From a virus, in IMG/VR virus record IMGVR_UViG_3300028453_000003: a stretch of DNA of 58,801 bases; one strand, written 5' to 3'. Positions 37,112 through 43,794 of the stretch are shown piece by piece. A program made the translations under genes and the position numbers. The notes beneath the pieces are model-generated. The model worked only from the letters and a program-made list of their open reading frames with translations, did no database searches and had not been told where the DNA came from. Position 1 is the first letter of the stretch. Each line of letters opens with the position of its first letter.

Positions 37112-37282
37112 ACATAATAAAACATATGAATAATAATATATGTTTAAAAAATTGAGAATTGAGAGTAAAAAAGAAAATTTTATAATTTTTTAGTTACTAT
37201 AGACAACAATTTATAAAAATTGGATTAGATCCACAATACTATAAAAATTATTAAAAATTTTTGTATTGTGTGCCTTTTTATT

Positions 37283-37302
37283 CGATTAATAATTATTAAT
37301 CG
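37283..37302. promoter_or_regulatory. 20-bp perfect palindrome
   Basis: cgattaataattattaatcg, immediately next to a TATA+GGCAC-like motif (37268-37284, minus sense). Confidence 0.5.
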
Positions 37303-37508
37303 TTACATATAGTATATATGAACTAATATATAAATATTTCTATTTTTATTTTGAATTTACAACAGCTAAAAAATTTTAGGATCAACATATAAAAAATACT
37401 TAACATAGTTAAGTTAATTGTTTTTGTATTGTGTGTGCCTATTAGTAAAAAAAGGTAGTGGATCAATTTCATATAATCATTAATCCTTTTTCAGTTCAGC
37501 TCAAAATA

Positions 37509-37646
37509 AAAAAAGTTTGTACCCAGGCCCTACCCCAAGCCGACCCCCACAGTTTTGGCAGAGCAGAGTACCCAAACCCTACCCACCAGTAAAAAAAAAA
37601 AAAGTTTGTACCCAAACCCTACCAATTATATGTGTGTACCCTTGCT
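37509..37646. repeat. G+C-rich island with three copies of GTACCCARRCCCTACC, two of them followed by A runs
   Basis: Copies at 37519-37535, 37568-37584 and 37608-37623. Four C-tracts lie within 37522-37548 (a G4 motif on the minus strand). A13 run at 37591-37603. Confidence 0.8.
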
Positions 37647-37782
37647 TAAAACTATAAGGATGATGATAATACTCTTGCTTTAAAATAATAATTAATGGTA
37701 AAAGTAGTAGTTTAATTAATCAGTAATGCAATATAATGAAAGCAGTTAATAAAAAAAGTAAATATAGGTAACTTGATATAGG

Positions 37783-38124
37783 CTACCTAATTATAAATTG
37801 TGGTTTTTCTATGATTAGGCAGTCGAGTCCCCCCCATTCTTGTTTGACATATGCTCTGCCGATGGGGTTTTCTTTTCTACCATGAGGCATTATTTTTTTG
37901 GTTATGATGTCGCCATCAGTTAGTATGTTTATTGTGATGACTCCATCTTCTTGTCGGTGGGATTCTATCCATCTGTCTGTTACTGTTAATGGGACTGGGA
38001 TTATTAATGCTTTTTTCCCTATCCATTCTCTTTTTGTGTATATGATTGGGTTTCCTCCCATATATTTGACTCTTCGGAATTCGTATTTCTCGAATTTGAG
38101 TTTTAATGTTATTTCATTTTGCAT
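37783..38124 (-). CDS. Small DNA-binding protein candidate (AbrB/DUF2080-like)
   Basis: The ATG at 38124 (MQNEITLK) is preceded by agagagtatgataaa. TKREWIGKKALIIPVP resembles the DUF2080/AbrB-type strand motif. The upstream part of the track ORF is a repeat array. Confidence 0.4.
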   Translation of the reverse strand: MQNEITLKLKFEKYEFRRVKYMGGNPIIYTKREWIGKKALIIPVPLTVTDRWIESHRQEDGVITINILTDGDIITKKIMPHGRKENPIGRAYVKQEWGGLDCLIIEKPQFIIR

Positions 38125-38145
38125 TTTATCATACTCTCTTTTTTT

Positions 38146-38265
38146 GGTAATCGGTTTGAAAATCAAAAGCAGAAAATCGATTTGAAATTCGGAACTTGCA
38201 ATCGGTTTCAAAATCGGAACTTGCAAATTGGAATGAAAATCAGAAATCGATTTGAAAATCAGAGG
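38146..38265. promoter_or_regulatory. Iteron/operator array (five 17-nt cores, two 10-bp palindromes)
   Basis: Cores of the form aatcg[ga]ttt[gc]aaaat[ct] start at 38149, 38174, 38200 and 38245, with a degenerate copy at 38225. aaatcgattt occurs at 38174-38183 and 38244-38253. ggaacttgcaa occurs twice. Confidence 0.65.
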
Positions 38266-38273
38266 TAGAGAAC

Positions 38274-38383
38274 CTTTATGCCAGTAGCACACAGTAAATT
38301 GTTACAGATATAAAGGCACTTTTATTGAGAGTTGAAAAAAATTCGTGTTAATGTACCCCTTATTGTATGCTACTGGCATAAAG
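38274..38383. promoter_or_regulatory. Candidate invertible promoter segment: 16-bp perfect IRs flanking a reversed copy of the promoter-leader module
   Basis: ctttatgccagtagca (38274-38289) / tgctactggcataaag (38368-38383). The 78-bp spacer carries ttgttacagatataaaggcacttttattgagagttgaaaaaaatt on the plus strand. Confidence 0.55.
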
Positions 38384-38406
38384 ATTCCCCCCCCATTTTG
38401 GAAATT

Positions 38407-38688
38407 CTATTCCATCAGTTCTATCCAGTATTTGACTCGTTCCAATTTTGGTATTCTTGGCTCTGAAGCCATATCCCAACAACATTGCAGGAACAAGTGA
38501 TCTGTTTCGTAGTCTTCCATAAATTCTTCGCTATGAGGACATAATAGTCCATCATTGTATCTGTCTAATGATTCTGCTAACAAGTTGATGGTTGGTTCAT
38601 CATCATCAATAGTGTCTAAATCGATTTCAATTTCAATCATATCATTGTCATCGATTTTGCTTGTTAGTCTATATTTTTGTATATTCAT
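38407..38688 (-). CDS. Acidic small protein, unknown function
   Basis: ATG at 38688 follows taggtgga. The track start at 38700 is GTG. Confidence 0.5.
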   Translation of the reverse strand: MNIQKYRLTSKIDDNDMIEIEIDLDTIDDDEPTINLLAESLDRYNDGLLCPHSEEFMEDYETDHLFLQCCWDMASEPRIPKLERVKYWIELME

Positions 38689-38703
38689 TTGAAAATCCAC
38701 CTA

Positions 38704-38835
38704 TTATTCGTTTTTGCATTTAGGAATATTAAAACTTTCGCATAATTCCTTGCCAAATTCTTCTGCACTCATTTTGAGTATGGTTTCTTGTTCTTTTTTG
38801 TTGCATTTTTGAAATGCCTTGTCGAATACATCCAT
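38704..38835 (-). CDS. Small protein (43 aa), unknown function
   Basis: gaggtgaaataa precedes ATG 38835. Translation: MDVFDKAFQKCNKKEQETILKMSAEEFGKELCESFNIPKCKNE. Not in the track because it is under 60 aa. Confidence 0.45.
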   Translation of the reverse strand: MDVFDKAFQKCNKKEQETILKMSAEEFGKELCESFNIPKCKNE

Positions 38836-38936
38836 TTATTTCACCTCTTAACAATTATTGTTTTGTAATCGTTGATATTACTTTATCATTCATAGTATTT
38901 AAATGTTTTGGTAGAATGGTTGAAAAAAAAATAGTT

Positions 38937-39071
38937 TTATCTTTTGTATGCTAAATCCCAATAGTGAAATCGTTGTGAAAATCGGACATAACATCGGTTC
39001 TTCGTGCCACAGTTCCAACAGTATTTCATATTGGGTTTTAGTTTTGTTCCACAATGGCTACAATATGTCAT
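38937..39071 (-). CDS. Zinc-ribbon protein (44 aa)
   Basis: MTYCSHCGTKLKPNMKYCWNCGTK... contains CxxC-N11-CxxC. ATGA overlap with the upstream stop. Confidence 0.5.
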   Translation of the reverse strand: MTYCSHCGTKLKPNMKYCWNCGTKNRCYVRFSQRFHYWDLAYKR

Positions 39072-39337
39072 AATAATCCCATCTCCTTTGCGATTAGTAG
39101 TAGTTCTTCTGCTTTGGCATCGTATTCTTCTTCGGCGATTACTCTTGGCAGTTCTTCAAGATCCCTTTTCAAATCATACAAAAATGGTAATTTTATCTCT
39201 TCACCAGTATCCTTTATGATACGATAAGATGATTTGCCACTATGCTTATGATAAATCCTTTCACTATTAAGTTGCAATAATAATATTAAACCAATGAGAG
39301 CATCACGAAGTTCTTCACTTATTAAGTATTCAGTCAT
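39068..39337 (-). CDS. Hypothetical protein
   Basis: 89-aa ORF within a coupled operon. Confidence 0.5.
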   Translation of the reverse strand: MTEYLISEELRDALIGLILLLQLNSERIYHKHSGKSSYRIIKDTGEEIKLPFLYDLKRDLEELPRVIAEEEYDAKAEELLLIAKEMGLL

Positions 39338-39503
39338 CTGATTTCATCTCCTTGAAATCTTTTGCCATTAATTCTAATACTATTGAATCATATCCACCTA
39401 TATTGTAACTTAATTCCAATAGTTTGCCTTGTATTTCAATGGTTCTGCCATCGTATAGTTTTATGTTTGCAGTTATTTCTCCTATTTCTCCAAAACACAT
39501 CAT
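39330..39503 (-). CDS. Small protein (57 aa), unknown function
   Basis: The ATG at 39503 overlaps the upstream TGA. Its end overlaps the next ATG. Confidence 0.4.
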   Translation of the reverse strand: MMCFGEIGEITANIKLYDGRTIEIQGKLLELSYNIGGYDSIVLELMAKDFKEMKSDD

Positions 39504-39721
39504 ATTCTATCATCCCATTTCTTGCCACGATTGAATTGTTTTTCGCTTGGGTCGGTTGATTCGTGCCTTAAGTGGAAAATGTATAGCCAAGTGCTTTTAT
39601 GATGACATATTGGGCAATGGTGGTAAATGGTGTTTTTGAAAATCAGTTTGAATTTCAACCACCATTCCCATTTTTGTGTTGTTGCTCCACAATAGGGGCA
39701 TCGGATCTTGTACTTTTTCAT
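39500..39721 (-). CDS. Zinc-finger protein
   Basis: CPYCG ... CPICH cysteine pairs. Confidence 0.55.
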   Translation of the reverse strand: MKKYKIRCPYCGATTQKWEWWLKFKLIFKNTIYHHCPICHHKSTWLYIFHLRHESTDPSEKQFNRGKKWDDRI

Positions 39722-39933
39722 TTGTATCGCTCCATCTTCATATGTATGAAACTTATTCTTAAAGCATCCAAATGGTCTGCTCTACTGGTTCTTGGTCTTT
39801 CGTTGCAGTAATCCACAAATTCCTTAAGTATATGTCCGTATTTTTGAGAATATGTTGCACCTATGATAACCACCTTTGAATATAATATAATAATCCAACT
39901 AACATTAAACCAATTAACAATATTCCTATTATA

Positions 39934-40140
39934 TTATTCATTATGTAACTCTCCCATTCTTTTGAAAATTTGGTAGCGAAATTTTTCGCAATTGTTTAGT
40001 TCTTTTTGTAATTTTCTAATAGTGTCTTGTTGTTTCATAAGTATGTCTACAAGTTCTTGTAAATTGTATTCCTTGCCAGTTTCATCACGAACACAATTAA
40101 TCACATCACCATAAAAAATGACTTCAAATTGCTCACTCAT
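39934..40140 (-). CDS. MSE-start / QQ(A/D)TI coiled-coil family member
   Basis: MSEQFEV..., LMKQQDTIRKLQKEL. Confidence 0.5.
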   Translation of the reverse strand: MSEQFEVIFYGDVINCVRDETGKEYNLQELVDILMKQQDTIRKLQKELNNCEKFRYQIFKRMGELHNE

Positions 40141-40146
40141 TGTTAA

Positions 40147-40371
40147 TCACTCCTTATCATTTATCAGACTAACAAGTTCTACAAGAACATTGATTATGTC
40201 TTGTTGTGTGTCTATGATGTGGTCTTGCATTTTGACTTTCCGATTGTATTTTCGTATGTCATTGTGCAAGTCAATTATAACTTGGTTGAGTCTTTTATCT
40301 TCATTTTCCAGTTCATTTATCTTTTCACTCATTTTTATGATTTGTTCTTTTTCATCGTTTTTATTTGTCAT
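40147..40371 (-). CDS. Coiled-coil small protein
   Basis: 74 aa, heptad-rich. Confidence 0.45.
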   Translation of the reverse strand: MTNKNDEKEQIIKMSEKINELENEDKRLNQVIIDLHNDIRKYNRKVKMQDHIIDTQQDIINVLVELVSLINDKE

Positions 40372-40511
40372 TTTTCATCTTCCTTATTCATTTCCATCAT
40401 CTTATCCAATGCTATTGTAAATCTCTTCAACACTATGCTTGTCCATACAGAGTCAATGAATATTCCAATAAATATGCCTAAAAGTAAAATTACCCAGTTA
40501 AATAATGTCAT
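40368..40511 (-). CDS. Small membrane protein (47 aa)
   Basis: agggtg RBS. Translation starts MTLFNWVILLLGIFIGIFIDSVW... The stop overlaps the next ATG (ATGA). Confidence 0.45.
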   Translation of the reverse strand: MTLFNWVILLLGIFIGIFIDSVWTSIVLKRFTIALDKMMEMNKEDEK

Positions 40512-40514
40512 TCT

Positions 40515-41069
40515 TCACACCCTTTGTTGTTTGAGTTCCTTAATCTCTTGTCTTAATTTTGCATTTTCACTATCACTTTGCCCACAAAGGTCTTGTAATT
40601 CTATTATCTGTTTTAATTGCTCTTCACCAATTTTTGCATATTTTTTTAGTTTCCTTTCCAACTCTTGTATTGTGTCTTGTTGCTCTAATATCTTCGCTTT
40701 CAACTTGTCGGTACATTCTTCAAACTCTTCCAATGCCTTGATTTTATCGCCCAAGAAATCGGCACATTGTTGGTCAAGTTCTGCAATCTCCTTGTCTTTC
40801 GCTTCGATGGTGGCTTGTTGCTCACCAATCTCTCTTTTGAGTTTTGCAATTTCTTTTGATTTTTCACAATTACTTTCTTCAATTTCTTTGAGCATAACTG
40901 CATAATTATGTGTACACTCATCAAACCAGTTCAGATAATTACAAATCTTATTTACTGCTTCCCTTTCTTCTGCAAGAAAACTATACATCTTCATTCGCTT
41001 ATAATCAATCAAAAGAATAATCTTATCTGTATTCACATCTTCTTGCACTACAAATCGTTTCTCACTCAT
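40515..41069 (-). CDS. MSEKRF / EQQATI coiled-coil family member (long form)
   Basis: MSEKRFVV..., REIGEQQATIEAK, ILEQQDTIQEL, ENAKLRQEIKELK. Confidence 0.55.
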   Translation of the reverse strand: MSEKRFVVQEDVNTDKIILLIDYKRMKMYSFLAEEREAVNKICNYLNWFDECTHNYAVMLKEIEESNCEKSKEIAKLKREIGEQQATIEAKDKEIAELDQQCADFLGDKIKALEEFEECTDKLKAKILEQQDTIQELERKLKKYAKIGEEQLKQIIELQDLCGQSDSENAKLRQEIKELKQQRV

Positions 41070-41389
41070 TTTTCACACCAATTTTCCTTACAATCATAAC
41101 AACAAGTATTGCAGATTGTTTTCAATTCTTGTCGCAACTTCTCATTCTCTTCCTTTAATTGCTTTACTTTTGCACTCCATTTTTCAGATTGTCTTATTTG
41201 CCATTTGAAATCATCTGTTGCCTTATTCAAGAAATCACACAATTTCAAGGCAACTTCCTTATTTCTACATTCAAAACAATCTTCTACTCTTTTAGTATTT
41301 ACTACTGCCCACCAATATTCTCCTTTCCAATCGTTCTCTTCATTCAATATTTCAAGTTCGTTTACAACAAATTGTTTATCATTCATCAT
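41066..41389 (-). CDS. Family-related small protein (NDKQFVV start, ENEKLRQEL zipper)
   Basis: MMNDKQFVV..., KQLKEENEKLRQELK. Confidence 0.5.
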   Translation of the reverse strand: MMNDKQFVVNELEILNEENDWKGEYWWAVVNTKRVEDCFECRNKEVALKLCDFLNKATDDFKWQIRQSEKWSAKVKQLKEENEKLRQELKTICNTCCYDCKENWCEK

Positions 41390-41696
41390 CACAACCCCTT
41401 ACAAATCGCTCTATTTCTTTAATGTCTTTTTCCTTGAATATTTTATCCAATTTATCCATATCCTCACCAATATGACTGGAGTATTCGTGAATAACTGTTG
41501 CTTCAGATTGATATAGTAAATCTAATAAAAGGTTGATGGTGGCTTGTTGCTCATTCAACTTATCAACAACATTCTTCCAATTTTCACATAAATCAATATT
41601 GCTCCGAATATTTGAAATGACACACTTCTCTTCTTGTCTGTCATATAATCCCTCATCACCACATACACTTGTTAAGTAATATCGTTTCTCACCCAT
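41379..41696 (-). CDS. MGEKRY / LNEQQATI family member
   Basis: MGEKRYYL..., VDKLNEQQATINLL. Confidence 0.55.
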   Translation of the reverse strand: MGEKRYYLTSVCGDEGLYDRQEEKCVISNIRSNIDLCENWKNVVDKLNEQQATINLLLDLLYQSEATVIHEYSSHIGEDMDKLDKIFKEKDIKEIERFVRGCDDE

Positions 41697-41703
41697 ACAT
41701 CAA

Positions 41704-42096
41704 TCACCATTCTAAACTGATTATAATCTTTTTCTTCGGTTCTCCCATTACAGTTCCTAATTCCACTTTAACATTTTTTAAATTAAAATCTTCTTTTATT
41801 TTTTCCAACTGATTTAAATCAAATTTTTCAGTAATTATCTTGCAGGTTAGATAAGGGTTATCCTCTAACTTTATTTTAGCAAAACCATCAACATATTTTT
41901 CCAGTTTTTCTTTTAAATATTCAATTGCTTTATGTTTATCCCCTTGAATGTTCTTTAATTCTTTTTCTAATTTTATTTCCTCTTTATGTAACTCTTTCAA
42001 ATCCTCAAAGGAATACTCCTTTATCTCCTTTTTATGACACACTGTTTTTGAATAAGGAACTCCGAAAGGGTCAGTATCATCATTCATATAAGACAT
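41704..42096 (-). CDS. Hypothetical protein
   Basis: ATG at 42096 follows ggagggattataat. The track start at 42150 is upstream. Confidence 0.5.
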   Translation of the reverse strand: MSYMNDDTDPFGVPYSKTVCHKKEIKEYSFEDLKELHKEEIKLEKELKNIQGDKHKAIEYLKEKLEKYVDGFAKIKLEDNPYLTCKIITEKFDLNQLEKIKEDFNLKNVKVELGTVMGEPKKKIIISLEW

Positions 42097-42097
42097 A

Positions 42098-42355
42098 TTA
42101 TAATCCCTCCTTATCATCCAAATTATCCTTAATATATTTGAAATGACCATTAACTGCTAATGCAATTGAATTAAAATCCTCATCATAGATTCCTAACTTT
42201 ATAATGTTTTCATCATGTATGAACATATCATCACCATTATGGAAATGTATATGCCATAATTTGTATATTTGACTATAACAGAAATTTTTAATGGCACAAT
42301 GTCCAAGAATTTTGAAAGATTTTGTCTCCAATACCATACACAAATCACTCATCAT
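42098..42355 (-). CDS. Hypothetical protein
   Basis: The ATGATGAGTGAT start context overlaps the upstream gene's end. Confidence 0.45.
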   Translation of the reverse strand: MMSDLCMVLETKSFKILGHCAIKNFCYSQIYKLWHIHFHNGDDMFIHDENIIKLGIYDEDFNSIALAVNGHFKYIKDNLDDKEGL

Positions 42356-42725
42356 CAAACAACTCCTTCATATCGTCTCTTATTTTGAAGTCAGCACATT
42401 CGCCAACTTCTTCAAATTCATAAATTCCTCCCTTGCTTTTATGTCCTTTCAAGCAGCACATATCATATTCATAAACACCTTCCGTATAACAAAAATGAGA
42501 AGTGTAATTAGCATGTTCGCAGAGTTCACATAATTCCACATGATAAAAATTACTCAAGATCATTATCAGATTTTCATTTTTAACATATAACTCATTCAAC
42601 AAATTAACAGCAGTTTCAAATATTCCCTCATCCTCAATAGGGTATGCGTCCCCAGTCTCTGCATCAACTATTGAATAAGGCACTATTTCAGTATCAAGAT
42701 AAAATTTAACAAATGGTTCACTCAT
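42345..42725 (-). CDS. Cys-rich hypothetical protein
   Basis: ATG at 42725 lies 6 nt after aaggtga. Contains CELCEH...CC..GH. Confidence 0.5.
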   Translation of the reverse strand: MSEPFVKFYLDTEIVPYSIVDAETGDAYPIEDEGIFETAVNLLNELYVKNENLIMILSNFYHVELCELCEHANYTSHFCYTEGVYEYDMCCLKGHKSKGGIYEFEEVGECADFKIRDDMKELFDDE

Positions 42726-42727
42726 AC

Positions 42728-43060
42728 TCAATCACCTTTAGAATATAATATAACAGTTCCCTTTCGTATATCTTGAAACATTACTGGTTTAAAATTATCC
42801 AATTCTTTTCGCAACTGTTCATTATCTTTTTTGAGTTCTGCAATGATTGTTTGAAATCTTTTATCTGCTTGATGTTTTTCAATCGTAAGATATTGGATGG
42901 TGGCTTGTTGCTCATTCAACAAATAGACAATTTCCCTAATCATTTCATTATCATTATCAAAATCACCAGTCAGAAGGTATTCTATCTTATCTGTCTGCAC
43001 AAAGATATTATGAAATCTCCCTATCTTTTCAGATTTGACAATAAATCGTTTCTCACTCAT
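42728..43060 (-). CDS. MSEKRF / LNEQQATI family member
   Basis: MSEKRFIV..., YLLNEQQATIQYL, KKDNEQLRKELDN. Confidence 0.55.
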   Translation of the reverse strand: MSEKRFIVKSEKIGRFHNIFVQTDKIEYLLTGDFDNDNEMIREIVYLLNEQQATIQYLTIEKHQADKRFQTIIAELKKDNEQLRKELDNFKPVMFQDIRKGTVILYSKGD

Positions 43061-43304
43061 TCTCTAACTCCTTTCGTATTATTTCAACTTGTTCATCAGT
43101 TAAGAATTTTAAACAATGCTTTTTGATTATGCTTATCTGCTCTTCTCTTTTATGTACTCTTCTTTGATACATTTCAATAGTGGCCTGTTGCTCATTTAAC
43201 TTATGTTCCACATCATTCACATCTAATATTTCATCGGTTTTAGAGTCATAAATTCCTCCCCATTTATCTACAATTCTTGTTTTCTGAAATCGCTTCTCAC
43301 TCAT
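43053..43304 (-). CDS. MSEKRF / LNEQQATI family member
   Basis: MSEKRFQK..., HKLNEQQATIEMY. Confidence 0.55.
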   Translation of the reverse strand: MSEKRFQKTRIVDKWGGIYDSKTDEILDVNDVEHKLNEQQATIEMYQRRVHKREEQISIIKKHCLKFLTDEQVEIIRKELENE

Positions 43305-43307
43305 CAA

Positions 43308-43421
43308 TTAGCCCCTTTGAAATCTTTTCATATTCTCTTCATATTCCCTACCAATTTTGTTGAAACTTTGCCGAATAAACTCCCAAAACCACTCTTGAAA
43401 ATCAAATCGTTTCTCATTCAT
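43308..43421 (-). CDS. MNEKRF family mini-protein (37 aa)
   Basis: ATGAATGAGAAACGATTTGATTTT start, with ATGA overlap to the upstream stop. Confidence 0.4.
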   Translation of the reverse strand: MNEKRFDFQEWFWEFIRQSFNKIGREYEENMKRFQRG

Positions 43422-43594
43422 ACTATCTCTCCATTTTCGTTCCTATACTCTTCATCAGGTTTCTTGATTTCAATTATAATCTCATCATTACCATTGCAGT
43501 GCAAAAGATTAATATCATAATAATTCCCTTGCAAATCCTTAATAATTATATCACAAACATTCCTAACTGGAAAATCAAATCGTTTCTCACTCAT
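43418..43594 (-). CDS. MSEKRF family mini-protein (58 aa)
   Basis: ATGAGTGAGAAACGATTTGATTTT start, with ATGA overlaps at both ends. Confidence 0.45.
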   Translation of the reverse strand: MSEKRFDFPVRNVCDIIIKDLQGNYYDINLLHCNGNDEIIIEIKKPDEEYRNENGEIV

Positions 43595-43794
43595 TTAAAT
43601 CCCTCTTTTTCTGCAAATTCGTGTTGTCGCAAAATCATCTCATATTCTGCAACTTGCTTTCGTAACTGCTCATTCTCTTCATAGAGTTCATTCAACAAAT
43701 CTACAACTTCACTCTCATTTAAATCTGTATCTTTATCCATTATATGATATTGTAATACTGTTTCAGAAGATAACTTAAATTGTTTCTCAATCAT
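43591..43794 (-). CDS. MIEKQF family member with NEQLRK zipper
   Basis: MIEKQFKL..., EENEQLRKQVAEYE. Confidence 0.5.
   Translation of the reverse strand: MIEKQFKLSSETVLQYHIMDKDTDLNESEVVDLLNELYEENEQLRKQVAEYEMILRQHEFAEKEGFK

Noticed and set aside
37568-37623. Telomere-like reading of CCCAAACCCTACC repeats
   Set aside because: There are only three dispersed copies inside a circular genome, interrupted by unrelated sequence and A runs. They are more plausibly a regulatory, G4 or att element.
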